From Polyangiales bacterium (GTDB lineage: Bacteria; Myxococcota_A; Polyangia; Polyangiales; Polyangiaceae): 64,000 bases of DNA. Below, in pieces: positions 27,785-40,458 of this stretch. Under the pieces are notes generated by a model. The model was not told the DNA's origin, made no database searches, and saw nothing but the letters and a program-made list of their open reading frames with translations. Both the position numbers and the translations under genes were made by a program. The stretch is taken from NCBI GenBank assembly GCA_038231275.1, contig JBBRLQ010000024.1, positions 59,244-123,243 of the forward strand, read 5' to 3'. Positions within the stretch are counted from its first letter, which is position 1; each line of letters begins with the position of its first letter.

Positions 27785-29851
27785 ATGGCACGTTGGCTTC
27801 GTCTTGCTTCCAGCTCCGTCGCGGTCGCAACGCTCATCGTCGCGTGCGGATCGCGAACCGGGCTGGATTTGCCGCAGAACGACTGCGCCGAGGGGTTCAT
27901 CGACTGCCAGCCGGCGCCGGACGCGCAGCACGACGCGCCGCGCGACAACACGGTGCCGCCGGCCGACGTGCTCGTCGATCGTGACGGTCCCCGCGACGTC
28001 TTCCGCGAAGGCGACGGGCCGCTGTTCGAAGGCGGGCCGCTCGACGTCGTGACCGACTGCGTGCAGCCGGCGTACTGCGATCCGGCGGATCCTGGCTTCA
28101 TCTACAAGTGCGGCGTCCGCATCTTCCAGTGCAACTCCCTCGAGCAGTGCGAGCTCCTTGGGGGCACCGACGCCGGCGACGCGAGCGACGCGGGGACGGC
28201 GTCCTGCATCAACCCGTGCCTCGACACGCTCGGGCAAGACACGTCGAACGGCTGCGAGTTCTTCTCGGCAGTGACCGACACCGATCCCACGAGCGCCGGC
28301 GCCTGCTTCGCGGTCTTCATCGTGAACCAGTGGAAGACCGGGGAGACCGCGCGCATCGAGGTCGATCGCGGCGGGGCGCTCCTGCCGATCGATCAGTTCG
28401 CGCGCATCCCGGTCGGCAAGGGGACCGGCATCACGTACGCGCCGTACAACTCGGCGCAGGGGCTGGCGAAGGATCAGGTCGCGATCCTCTTCCTCTCGCG
28501 CGACCCGAACATCCCGGGCGGCGGCACCAACCCCAACCAGCTCGCGGTGTGCCCCGATGGCGTCACACCTGCGTTCTCCGGCGATGCGGCGCTTCATGGA
28601 ACCGGCATCGGGACGCTGTTCCACATCAAGACGAACGTGCCGGTCGTCGCGTATCAAATTTTCCCGTACGGCGGCGGGCGCGCGCGCATCACGAGCGCGA
28701 CGCTGCTCCAGCCGACGAACGTTTGGGACACGAACTTCATCGCGGTGAACGCGCAGCCGCCGCCGTCCTTCTCGCCGAACCAAGGTCCCACGATGCTCGT
28801 CATGGGGCGCGACAACGACACGCACGTGACCATCAACCCGGTCACGCCGATCACGCCCGGCGGAGGGCTCGGCCCGGGGCCGGCGAACGTGCCGACCACC
28901 TACACCGTGCAGCGCGGGCAATATTTGCAGTTTACACAGCCTGTCGAGCTCACCGGCAGCCCGCTTCGCTCCGACAAGCCGGTGGCGGTCATCGGCGGCT
29001 CGACGATCATGCAGGTCCCGGTCGGGCGCGTACGCGCCGACAGCGCGCAGCAGATGCTTCCGCCGATCAGCGCGATGGGCAGCGAGTACGTCGGCGTGAG
29101 GTTCCGCGCGCGAACGTTCCGCACGAACGAGGCCGTCCCGTGGCGCCTCGTCGGCGTCGTGAACGGAACGCAGCTGACGTGGGAGCCTTCGGTTCCGCCT
29201 GGCGCGCCGACGCTCTTGAACGCCCGGCAGTTCGTGCAGTTCGAGGCCCCCGGCGAGTTCGTTGTCCGGAGCCAGGACGCCGCGCACCCCTTCCACGTCG
29301 CCACCTACATGACCGGCGGCAAGCTGTCTCCTTTTGGCGGCAACGAGGTCGCCGCAGACGGCGAAGGCGACGCCGAGTTCGTCAACGTCGTGCCCCCCGC
29401 GCAGTACCTCCCGCGCTACACGTTCTTCACCGATCCGACCTACCCCGAGACGAACCTCGTCATTGTGCGCGTGAAGGACGCGGCGCTCGGCGTCTTCCCC
29501 GACGTCACGCTCGACTGCAGCGGCACGCTCGCCGGGTGGCAAGCTCTCGGCACCGCGGGGATCTACGAGTTCACGCGCGTGGATCTCCAAACTGGCGATT
29601 TTCAAGCGGTCGGCGGCTGCAACAACGGCGTGCACACGATCGTCGGCACGTTCCCGGGCATCGAAGGCGGCACCAGCGTCCCGCGCTTCGGCGTCACGGT
29701 CTGGGGTTGGGGCAACACCGTTACGTTCCGCGGCTCCGATCCGCCGGATCCGAGCGATCAGCTGAACCCGAAGTACACGCGCTGGGTGAGCTACGCATAC
29801 CCCGCAGGTGCGAACTTCTCGCCGCTCAACAGCGTCGTCGTCACGCCGTAG
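27785..29851 (+). CDS. IgGFc-binding-protein N-terminal domain lipoprotein, paralog 2 (tandem duplicate)
   Basis: Colinear with 25654-27750 over its full length; near-identical N-terminus. Confidence 0.85.
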   Translation: MARWLRLASSSVAVATLIVACGSRTGLDLPQNDCAEGFIDCQPAPDAQHDAPRDNTVPPADVLVDRDGPRDVFREGDGPLFEGGPLDVVTDCVQPAYCDPADPGFIYKCGVRIFQCNSLEQCELLGGTDAGDASDAGTASCINPCLDTLGQDTSNGCEFFSAVTDTDPTSAGACFAVFIVNQWKTGETARIEVDRGGALLPIDQFARIPVGKGTGITYAPYNSAQGLAKDQVAILFLSRDPNIPGGGTNPNQLAVCPDGVTPAFSGDAALHGTGIGTLFHIKTNVPVVAYQIFPYGGGRARITSATLLQPTNVWDTNFIAVNAQPPPSFSPNQGPTMLVMGRDNDTHVTINPVTPITPGGGLGPGPANVPTTYTVQRGQYLQFTQPVELTGSPLRSDKPVAVIGGSTIMQVPVGRVRADSAQQMLPPISAMGSEYVGVRFRARTFRTNEAVPWRLVGVVNGTQLTWEPSVPPGAPTLLNARQFVQFEAPGEFVVRSQDAAHPFHVATYMTGGKLSPFGGNEVAADGEGDAEFVNVVPPAQYLPRYTFFTDPTYPETNLVIVRVKDAALGVFPDVTLDCSGTLAGWQALGTAGIYEFTRVDLQTGDFQAVGGCNNGVHTIVGTFPGIEGGTSVPRFGVTVWGWGNTVTFRGSDPPDPSDQLNPKYTRWVSYAYPAGANFSPLNSVVVTP

Positions 29852-29893
29852 CGTCGGCGCCGTCGCTGCGCGCGGACCATGCTCGGCGAGCGC

Positions 29894-30403
29894 TCACGAG
29901 CGGCGGCGGAAGACGAACGTGACGCCGTCCCTGAGGATCAGGAGGACACCGTCCGGCGTCGCCGTGTACGCCTCGGCGTTGAGCTCGGGGTGCCGGCTCG
30001 TCTGGGTACGGAATTGGGTCCCTACGGTTGCAAAGCGACCTAGCTCGCAGCCGCGCGCCGGCGGCAGGTCGATGGCGGTCATCATCGAGCCCTGCGTATG
30101 GTCCGCGGCGCGCTCCTCGGCGGCGAACCGCATCGCCCAGCGGAACGCGGGCGCGTTGTTGGAGCTCCACTCACCCGATGCTTTGGTGTGGTCGACGATT
30201 TGAACGAGATCGTAGATCCCGTCGGCAACGACACCCCCCACCGCGGTCTGGTGCGGCGTCGTTTGGTACGAGTAGCCCACGAGCGCGCCGCGCGTCAGCA
30301 GATCGCACGTCTCGGCGCCCGGCGCGGTTGGCGTCGCGCTCGTGCCCGAGTTGCAGCCGAGGGTGAAGATCGTTGCGGCGAGCGCGAAAGGCGAGAAGCG
30401 CAT
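29894..30403 (-). CDS. Hypothetical lipoprotein
   Basis: AGGAG Shine-Dalgarno, lipobox TLGC. Confidence 0.7.
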   Translation of the reverse strand: MRFSPFALAATIFTLGCNSGTSATPTAPGAETCDLLTRGALVGYSYQTTPHQTAVGGVVADGIYDLVQIVDHTKASGEWSSNNAPAFRWAMRFAAEERAADHTQGSMMTAIDLPPARGCELGRFATVGTQFRTQTSRHPELNAEAYTATPDGVLLILRDGVTFVFRRRS

Positions 30404-30421
30404 TTCGGATCTCCTAGCACG

Positions 30422-30454
30422 GTCGGAGTCGGAGTCGGAGTCGGAGTCGGAGTC
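30422..30454. repeat. (GTCGGA)x5.5 hexamer array
   Basis: Directly abuts the mlaE stop codon. Confidence 0.95.
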
Positions 30455-31279
30455 CTACAAATCCGTCATGATCGTCGTCGTCACTTGATCCGCCGCAAAA
30501 ATCGCGACGATGCTCGACACGACCGCCTTCGCCGTCGCCTCCCCCACACCGCGCGCGCCGCCGGAGGCGTAAAAGCCCTTCTTGCAGCAGATCGTGCTCA
30601 CGATGAAGCCGAAGATGACGCTCTTCGTGACGAGCATCCTCAGGTCCTTCATTTCCACGAACTGCGTGATCTTGTCGACGAAGAGGCCCGGATCGATCCC
30701 CTGCCACGAGACCGCGACCACGTACGCGCCGACCATGCCGGCCATGGCGAAGAAGATGGCGAGCGCGGGCAAGAGGAGCGTCGTCGCGACGATGCGGGGG
30801 ACGACGAGGAACTGGACGGGGCTGACGCCCATCGTCGTGATCGCGTCGATCTGCTCGGTGACGCGCATGTTGCCGAGCTCGCTCGCCATCGTGCTGCCGG
30901 CGCGCGCGGTGACGACGACCGCAGCGAGGACCGGCGCAAGCTCGCGGGCAAGAGCGAGAGCGACGACGCCGCCGACCATGCCCTCGGCCGAGAACTGACG
31001 AAAACCCACGATCGTGCTGATCGTGAAGGCCATGCCCGTGAAGAGGCCTACGAGCCCGACGATGAACGTGGACCCGGCGCCGATGAAATCGAAGGCGGTG
31101 AGGAACTGCGCGAAGCGAAACGGCGGGCGAACGAGCCAGGTCATCGCCTTCGCGGCGAGCAGCAGGGTTGCGCCGAAATCGTCGAGGCCGTCGAGCACCG
31201 GCGCAAGGATCTTGTCGACCAGGCCGGAGAGGACCGTGAGCACCGACGAGGGCGCTTCTTGCTTCTGGACCTCGTTCAC
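30455..31279 (-). CDS. mlaE: MlaE-family lipid ABC transporter permease
   Basis: RELAPVL, ARAGSTMASELGNMRVTEQIDA, GARGVGEATAKAVV. Confidence 0.92.
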   Translation of the reverse strand: MNEVQKQEAPSSVLTVLSGLVDKILAPVLDGLDDFGATLLLAAKAMTWLVRPPFRFAQFLTAFDFIGAGSTFIVGLVGLFTGMAFTISTIVGFRQFSAEGMVGGVVALALARELAPVLAAVVVTARAGSTMASELGNMRVTEQIDAITTMGVSPVQFLVVPRIVATTLLLPALAIFFAMAGMVGAYVVAVSWQGIDPGLFVDKITQFVEMKDLRMLVTKSVIFGFIVSTICCKKGFYASGGARGVGEATAKAVVSSIVAIFAADQVTTTIMTDL

Positions 31280-31302
31280 GACGAGGGGAGCTTACACCCG
31301 GG

Positions 31303-32532
31303 CTACGGCTCGCGGTAGAAGCGCGGCACGCGGCGGGAGATTTGCGTGAGCACCTCCCACGCGATGGTGCCCATGTGGCCGGCGACCTCATCGGCGAGGA
31401 TCGCGTCCTTGCCGAGCGGGCCGTCCTGCGCGCCGAGGATCACCGCCTCGTCGCGCAGCGCCACGCCCGGGAGATCGGTCACGTCGATCATCGACATGTC
31501 CATCGAGACAGCGCCGATGATCGGCGCGCGGCGCCCGCGAACGAGGACGTGGCCCTTGTTGGAGAGCTGGCGCGAGAGGCCGTCGGCGTAGCCCATTGGG
31601 ATCGTCGCGACGCGGGAGGGGCGGGGCGCGCGCCACAGGGCGCCGTAGCCGACCGGAGCCCCGGCAGCGACGTCGCGCACGTCCACGATCTCGGTGCGCA
31701 CGCGGATGACCTGACGCAAATCCTGAAGGAGCGGCTCGGCGTCGCCGCTGGTCATGGGCGCGGTGCCGAAGAGCGCGATGCCGGGGCGCACGGCGTCGAG
31801 GCGGGCCTGGCCTCGGCCGATCGCGGCGCTGTTCGCGGCGTGACGAAGCGGCGCGCGGATGCCGTGACGCGCGAGCACCGCGGTGGCCTCGTCGAAGCGG
31901 AGCATCTGCTCGGCGGTCTCTTCGTTCGTCGGCGCGTCGGCGCACGCGAGGTGCGTCATCAGGCCGGCGATGCGGACCTCCGGCGTGTCGGCGAGGATCG
32001 CCGCGATCTTGGCGACGCCGTCCATCGGCACGCCGAGGCGAGCCATGCCGGTGTCGATCTTGAGGTGGACGTCGACGGGACCGGGCACGAAGCCGCCGCG
32101 GACGAGGCGCGCGAACGCATCGATCTGCTCGGTGTCGAACACGACTGGGACGAGCCCGCGCGCGACGACCTCGTGGTGCGCGTCGGCATAGTAGCCGCCC
32201 ATCACCAGGATCGGCGTGCGGATGCCGGCCTCACGAAGCTCGATCGCTTCTTCGAGGAGCGCGACGCAGAACCCGTCGGCGCCCGCGCGCTCGAGCGTGC
32301 GCGCGACAGCAGGCGCGCCATGACCGTAGCCATCGGCCTTCAGCACCGCCCACACCTTGGCGCCAGCGGCGTGGCGCTGCACGACGCGGAGGTTGTGGCG
32401 CAGCGCCTCGAGGTTGACCTCGGCGCGCGTCGGCCTCACGGCGTCGGCGGGAGCCGCGCGGCGCGGACGCAGCACGCGGACGAGCGGGTCGGAATCGGGT
32501 GCAGTGAGCTTGGGCATCGAGCTCTGGGCCAT
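31303..32532 (-). CDS. alr: Alanine racemase
   Basis: AVLKADGYGHG (PLP Lys), HLKIDTGMARLG, MTHLA, HAANS, VRPGIALFG, GYADG, VSMD. Confidence 0.95.
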   Translation of the reverse strand: MAQSSMPKLTAPDSDPLVRVLRPRRAAPADAVRPTRAEVNLEALRHNLRVVQRHAAGAKVWAVLKADGYGHGAPAVARTLERAGADGFCVALLEEAIELREAGIRTPILVMGGYYADAHHEVVARGLVPVVFDTEQIDAFARLVRGGFVPGPVDVHLKIDTGMARLGVPMDGVAKIAAILADTPEVRIAGLMTHLACADAPTNEETAEQMLRFDEATAVLARHGIRAPLRHAANSAAIGRGQARLDAVRPGIALFGTAPMTSGDAEPLLQDLRQVIRVRTEIVDVRDVAAGAPVGYGALWRAPRPSRVATIPMGYADGLSRQLSNKGHVLVRGRRAPIIGAVSMDMSMIDVTDLPGVALRDEAVILGAQDGPLGKDAILADEVAGHMGTIAWEVLTQISRRVPRFYREP

Positions 32533-32673
32533 TCGCTACTCCGAACGCGCGCCGAAGGGGAGAGATTCCGCGCGCGCACATCTGTATACGGGCCAAATTT
32601 ACCCGTTTTCCCCTACTTACCAGCAGCGCCCAGCGCGGGCGAGATTTCGGCGTGGAGACCGTATGCGCGTCGC

Positions 32674-34197
32674 TCACGCCGGCTTGGCGACGGGGAGAAC
32701 GAGCTCGAACATGACGCCGTCGGGGCTCGGCACCAGCGCGACGGTCGCGCGCAGATCGGCGCAGATGCGACGCACGATCGCGAGGCCCAGGCCGGTCCCC
32801 ATCGGCTTCGTCGTGAAGAACGGCTCGAACATTCGCTTGGCGACGGGATCGGGGATCACCGGGCCGTCGTTCCACACAGTCAGGACGACCTGCCCGTCGC
32901 CGCGGCGGAGCGCGCCGACCTTCACCTTGCCGTGCGGCGCGGCGTGTTGGAACGCGTTGACGAGCACGTTGAGCGCGGCGCGCCGGAGCAGCGTCGCGTC
33001 GGAGAGCACGAGGAGATCGTCCGCCACCTCGACGTCCAGCTCGGGACTACGCGAGACGAACGACGGATCGTGACGCGCCGCGCGCACCGCCTCCGCGACG
33101 ACCGCCGACAGCGCCGTGGGCTCGAGGCTGGCGACCGACGTGCTGGCGAAGTCGAGCAAGTCAGTGACGAGACGCTTCAGGCGCTCGGCCTCCTGCCGCA
33201 AGATCTCGAGAAGAGCGCGCTGGTCGGGGCCCTGCGCAACGTCGATGCGCTCGAGGGTGCCGACGGCGTTGAACATGATGCCGAGCGGGTTCCGGACCTC
33301 GTGCGCGAGCACGGCGGCCATCTCCCCGACCGCGGCGAGGCGCTCGCGACGGACCATCTCGGTGCGCAGATCGCCGAGGCGCTGCGCCGCCGCGACCTGG
33401 GCTGCGAAGAGCTGGATCGCCACGAAATCGTGCTCCGTCATGTCGCGTCCCATCACCGACAGCACGTGCGTGATCCGGTCGCTCGCGCGCACGGGACACC
33501 ACACGCTGCGCACGAGGCGCGCGCGCTCCATGGTGTCGGACAGCGTCACGGCCTCGGCGACGGCGCCGACGAAGGTCGTCGGGAGGTTGTCGAGGAAGAT
33601 GGCCTCTCCGCGCCGCGCGACCTCGGCGACGACAGGCATCGTGCACGTCATCCGCGGCTTGCCGAGGAGCGAGCGACCGTAGTCGCCGAGGGGTCCGGCC
33701 GGCGCGACGACGCGGCAGACGAAGGAACCCTCGTCGTGCAGCTCGGTGAGGGCGACGACCCAGTCGAGCGCATGGAAGATCGGCTCGCTCGCGTCGAAGA
33801 GTGCGCCGGTTCCGTCGAGGCCGCTCGGGAGCTGCGCGAGCCGCCCGATGAGCGCCTCGGCGCGCGTGGCGGAGGTGACGTCGCGCGCGATGAGCAGCGT
33901 CGCCGACGACGGAAGGCGCGACCACGAAATCTCCGCAAGGAACGACGGCCCGTCGGCTGGGACGAAGCGCATGCGGCAGGAGGCGCCGCCGGCCACTCCG
34001 CCCGCGCGTTGCGCGTCAAGGAGCTCGAAGCGCGCGAGCTCTCCGGGCGCCAAGAGCGCCGCGAACGATTGGCCAGAGAGATCGGCGCCGCGACCGAAGA
34101 GGCGACGGGCCGCGGCGTTGGCGCTCACGACGACGCACCCCTCGAGCAGGAGCACGGCGTCGGGCAGCGCGTCGAGGATCTCGACGGGCGACTCCAC
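32674..34197 (-). CDS. Cytoplasmic PAS/GAF sensor histidine kinase
   Basis: N-terminal PAS (LDALPDAV..NAAARRLFG), AHEVRNPL H-box, FEPFFTTKPMGTGLGL. Confidence 0.9.
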   Translation of the reverse strand: MESPVEILDALPDAVLLLEGCVVVSANAAARRLFGRGADLSGQSFAALLAPGELARFELLDAQRAGGVAGGASCRMRFVPADGPSFLAEISWSRLPSSATLLIARDVTSATRAEALIGRLAQLPSGLDGTGALFDASEPIFHALDWVVALTELHDEGSFVCRVVAPAGPLGDYGRSLLGKPRMTCTMPVVAEVARRGEAIFLDNLPTTFVGAVAEAVTLSDTMERARLVRSVWCPVRASDRITHVLSVMGRDMTEHDFVAIQLFAAQVAAAQRLGDLRTEMVRRERLAAVGEMAAVLAHEVRNPLGIMFNAVGTLERIDVAQGPDQRALLEILRQEAERLKRLVTDLLDFASTSVASLEPTALSAVVAEAVRAARHDPSFVSRSPELDVEVADDLLVLSDATLLRRAALNVLVNAFQHAAPHGKVKVGALRRGDGQVVLTVWNDGPVIPDPVAKRMFEPFFTTKPMGTGLGLAIVRRICADLRATVALVPSPDGVMFELVLPVAKPA

Positions 34198-34203
34198 GGG
34201 GCG

Positions 34204-36702
<2,499 letters not shown>

Positions 36703-36727
36703 CCGGGGGCCAGTATAGCCGGGTTAT

Positions 36728-38590
36728 TTAACCAACGGCGAGGGTAGGCTCCTCGACCCTTTTTTGCGCGAACTGGAGGCGGTGGAGGCGCGCGTACACG
36801 CCGTCCTTCGCGAGGAGCGTCTCGTGGGTCCCCGTCTCGACGACCCGCCCTTTGTGGAAGACCACGATACGATCGGCGGCACGGATGGTCGAGAGGCGGT
36901 GCGCGATCACGATCGCGGTCCTCCCTTCCATCACGGCCTCGAGCGCGAGCTGAAGGCGCGACTCGGTGTCGGAGTCGATGCTCGCCGTGGCCTCGTCGAG
37001 GACGAGGATCGGCGCGTCGCGGTAAACGGCGCGCGCGAACGCGAGGAGCTGCCGCTCGCCGGCGCTGAAATTCGCGCCGCGCTCGTCGACCGGCGCATCG
37101 AGGCCCTCCGGACGTCGCAAGAACATTTCCAGCGCCCCTACCCGCTCCAGCGCGCGCTCCGCCTTCCTACGATCGGGCTTGGGATCGCTCATCGCGACGT
37201 TCGAGAGCACCGTGCCGGTGAAGAGGAAGACGTCCTGCGGCACCACCGAGAAATTCTCGCGCAGCCCGTGACGGTCGTAGCTGCGGACGTCCTTGCCGAG
37301 GACCCGCACGAGACCCCGATTGGCCTCGTACAATCTCAGCGCAAGGGCCGTGATCGTCGTCTTGCCCGCCCCCGTCGCGCCCACGAGGGCCACCTTCTCG
37401 CCGCGCTTCACGGTGAGCGACACGTCGCGCAGCACCGGAACTCCGGGCTTGTACTCGAAGTCCACGTCCACGAGCGCGAGCGCTTCGTCGTTCGGTCCTT
37501 CGGGCCCCGCCTCGTCCGCCGCGACGGGCTCCGGGTCGATCTCTTTCTCGTCGAGCAGCTGGAAGATGCGCTCGGCGCCGCTCATCGCCGACTGCAGGAT
37601 CGTGTAGCGCTGCGCGAGGAGGCTGATCGGCTCGAAGAACTGCTTGATGTACTGCGTGAACGTGACGACGAGCGCGAAGCTGAGCGCGTGGTTTCCCACC
37701 TTCTGGAAGCCGGCCCACCAGAGGATGCAGGCGATGCACACGGTGCCGACCATCTCGATCGCGGCGTCGAGGATCGCCTCGTAGAAAATGGAACGTTTGT
37801 TGGCGTCGCGGTACGAATCGTTGATCTCGTCGAACTCCTTGGCCATCGCCGCCTCGCGCGCGTAGGCCTGCACGACGGCGATGCCGCTCACCTGCTCGTT
37901 CAAGAACGCGTTGAGGCGCGCGGTCTTGGTGCGGATGTCGCGGAAGGCCTCGCGCGAGCGGCGGCGCACGAAATTCACGATGAGGCCGACGACCGGCATC
38001 GCCGCGAAGGCGATGAGGGAGAGCTGCCAGTCGAGGACGAGCATCATGATGACGATCCCGACGAGCGCGACGAGATCGCCGATCGCGTTGAGGACACCCG
38101 ACGCGAAGAGCTCGCCGACGGCGTCGACGTCGTTGGTGGCGCGCGTCACCAGGCGCCCGACCGGCGTGCGGTCGTAGTAGCGGAGCTCGAGCTTCTGGAG
38201 GAACGCGAACACCGTCGCGCGAAGATCGGCCATCGCGCGCGCGCCGCCGATCTGCATCGTGTACATCTGGATGAAGCCGAACACCTGGGCGACGATCACC
38301 AGCGCGGCCAGCGCGACGCCATCGAAGAGGAGCGCGCTGGAGTCCTTTGCCGCGGCCTTCGCGACGACGTCTCCCATGAGGACCGGGCGCACGAGGCTGG
38401 TCCCCGCGAGGAGGATGAGCATCGACAAGGAGAGGACGACGTACTTGCCGTGAGGACGCACGAACGGCAAGAGGCGACGCACCAGCGACGCGTCGTACGT
38501 CTTGGTGAACGCGCCCTCCTCGTGGAACGCGCGCAGCTTCTGCTCCGCCCGCGTCTCCTCCTTCTTCTTCGGCTTCGTGGCGGCGGTCAT
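36728..38590 (-). CDS. ABC exporter, fused permease/ATPase (heterodimer subunit B, MdlB-like)
   Basis: TM domain, GATGAGKT, FSAGERQ, LDEAT, IAHRLST. Confidence 0.92.
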   Translation of the reverse strand: MTAATKPKKKEETRAEQKLRAFHEEGAFTKTYDASLVRRLLPFVRPHGKYVVLSLSMLILLAGTSLVRPVLMGDVVAKAAAKDSSALLFDGVALAALVIVAQVFGFIQMYTMQIGGARAMADLRATVFAFLQKLELRYYDRTPVGRLVTRATNDVDAVGELFASGVLNAIGDLVALVGIVIMMLVLDWQLSLIAFAAMPVVGLIVNFVRRRSREAFRDIRTKTARLNAFLNEQVSGIAVVQAYAREAAMAKEFDEINDSYRDANKRSIFYEAILDAAIEMVGTVCIACILWWAGFQKVGNHALSFALVVTFTQYIKQFFEPISLLAQRYTILQSAMSGAERIFQLLDEKEIDPEPVAADEAGPEGPNDEALALVDVDFEYKPGVPVLRDVSLTVKRGEKVALVGATGAGKTTITALALRLYEANRGLVRVLGKDVRSYDRHGLRENFSVVPQDVFLFTGTVLSNVAMSDPKPDRRKAERALERVGALEMFLRRPEGLDAPVDERGANFSAGERQLLAFARAVYRDAPILVLDEATASIDSDTESRLQLALEAVMEGRTAIVIAHRLSTIRAADRIVVFHKGRVVETGTHETLLAKDGVYARLHRLQFAQKRVEEPTLAVG

Positions 38591-40389
38591 GACGCCTCTG
38601 CCTGGACGTCGCCCGACGGGGGCGGCAGGGAGTCGATGTCGATTTCCTCGAGCGCGCTCTTCGCCGACTGCTCCTCGGCAAACGCCGCGTAGATGCCGCC
38701 CGCGCGCACGAGCTCCTGGTGCGTGCCGCGCTCCACGATCTTCCCCTGGTCGAGCACGATCGCCTGATCGCAGCGCGCCGCCGCCGCCACGCGGTGGGTG
38801 ATCAGCAGCACGGTTCGCTCCTTCGCCTGGCGCTCGATGGCGTCGAGGATCGCGGCCTCGGTCTTCGCGTCGACGGCGGACAACGGATCGTCCAAGACGA
38901 GGATCTTCGGCTCCCACGAGAGGGCGCGCGCGAGGGCGATGCGCTGCTTCTGCCCGCCGGAGAGCTGCACGCCGCGCTCGCCGACCACGGTGTCGAACTG
39001 CTCGGGCAGCGCGAGCGCCTCGGCGAGGACCTGCGCCTCGCCCGCGGCCTCGCGGATCTGCGCCATGGCCTCCTCGTTGTCGGGGTTCTCGAGCGCGAAG
39101 CCGATGTTGCGCGAGACCGTGGTCGAGAAGAGGAACGCGTCCTGCTGCGCGTAGCCGATCGTCTTTCGGACGGCGCCGAGGGGGAGCGAGCACACCTCGT
39201 GGCCGCCGACGAACACCGTCCCGGCCGGCGTCGGCAGCAGGCGCGCGAGGCACATCGCGAGCGTGGACTTTCCGGAGCCCGTCCGTCCGAGGATCGCGAG
39301 GGAGCGCCCCTTTTCGACCTCGAAGCTCACGTCGTCGAGGACCTTGCGCGCGCCGTGCGCGAACGTCAGGTGCGAGACCTTGACCGTCCCCTCGAGCGAC
39401 GCGGGCGCTTCTGCCGGGCCGTCGGTCACCTCGGGCACTGCGTCGAGGATCTCTTTGAGGCGCGCGTAGCCGGCGCGGCCACGCTGGATGATCGAGATGC
39501 TGAAGCCGAGCGCGACCATCGGCCAGGTCATGCGCCCGAGCGCGAGCCAGAACGCAAAGAAGCTGCCTGCCGAAATTTCCCCCGAGAGGAGCTTCGTCGC
39601 GCCGTACCAGAAGAAGACGAGGACGCCCACCGCGCTGGTCGCGCCGACCATCGGCCCCATGAGGCCGCGCAGGCGCGCGAGGGAAAGGCTGGCATCGAGG
39701 TAGCTCTTGTTCGCCTCCTGGAAGCGCCACATCTCGCGCGTCTCGAGCGCGAAGCTGCGGACGACGCGGACGCCCGCGAGGTTCTTCTGGAGCACGTCGC
39801 TCAAGCGGCCGAGGGCCTCCTGGTTGGCGCGCGTGCGCGAGAAGAGGCCGCGCGAGAACGAGCGCGTGACGCCGATGAGGAGCGGCAAGGTCACGAAGGA
39901 CGCGAGCGTCAGGCTCGGCGAGATCTTCGCCATGACCTGCAGCGCGCTCGCGAACGCGAAGACGACGTTGGTGATGTTGAGGATGCCGAAGCCGAAGAGG
40001 AGCCGCACCTGGAGGAGATCGCCGCCCTGCCGGCTCATGATCTCGCCCGCGCTCATCTTCCGATAAAACGCCGCGCCGAGCGTGTGGAGGTGGTGGAGGA
40101 GGACCGTGCGGAGCTCGTACTCGACGTCGCGGCCGGCGTTGAAGATGTACCAGCGCGACGAGACCCGCGCGAAGAGCGCGATCGCCGACAGCCCGAGCAT
40201 GACGAACGCCGCCTGCGCAGCCTGCTCCGGATGAGGCCCGAAGATCGCGTCGATGGCGGACTTGGACCACCAATCGATGCGGTTCATGGCGAGCTGAAAC
40301 ACGCCCAGGACGAGCGCCCCTTTCAAATAGGCGGGCATGTGGCGGCGCATCTGGCCGCCCAGTGTCCTGGGGAGATCTTTGGGGCTCAC
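38587..40389 (-). CDS. ABC exporter, fused permease/ATPase (heterodimer subunit A, MdlA-like)
   Basis: TM domain, GRTGSGKS, LSGGQKQR, degenerate LDDPLSAVD; start uncertain (40389 or 40458). Confidence 0.92.
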   Translation of the reverse strand: MSPKDLPRTLGGQMRRHMPAYLKGALVLGVFQLAMNRIDWWSKSAIDAIFGPHPEQAAQAAFVMLGLSAIALFARVSSRWYIFNAGRDVEYELRTVLLHHLHTLGAAFYRKMSAGEIMSRQGGDLLQVRLLFGFGILNITNVVFAFASALQVMAKISPSLTLASFVTLPLLIGVTRSFSRGLFSRTRANQEALGRLSDVLQKNLAGVRVVRSFALETREMWRFQEANKSYLDASLSLARLRGLMGPMVGATSAVGVLVFFWYGATKLLSGEISAGSFFAFWLALGRMTWPMVALGFSISIIQRGRAGYARLKEILDAVPEVTDGPAEAPASLEGTVKVSHLTFAHGARKVLDDVSFEVEKGRSLAILGRTGSGKSTLAMCLARLLPTPAGTVFVGGHEVCSLPLGAVRKTIGYAQQDAFLFSTTVSRNIGFALENPDNEEAMAQIREAAGEAQVLAEALALPEQFDTVVGERGVQLSGGQKQRIALARALSWEPKILVLDDPLSAVDAKTEAAILDAIERQAKERTVLLITHRVAAAARCDQAIVLDQGKIVERGTHQELVRAGGIYAAFAEEQSAKSALEEIDIDSLPPPSGDVQAEAS

Positions 40390-40458
40390 GTCAGCGCAAC
40401 CCTCTACGATGCTTCGACGCGGAGATCCATCGCGCAGCCCGCGCGTGTTCGTTGCCAA

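Noticed and set aside
25654..29851. IgGFc-type paralog pair as a DGR template/variable pair
   Set aside because: Both are full-length ORFs, and differences include indels and all base types, not only adenines
36728..40273. 1181-aa ORF suggesting one giant ABC fusion
   Set aside because: Its first half is an off-frame shadow of the 38587-40389 gene; the real second ABC gene starts at ATG 38590
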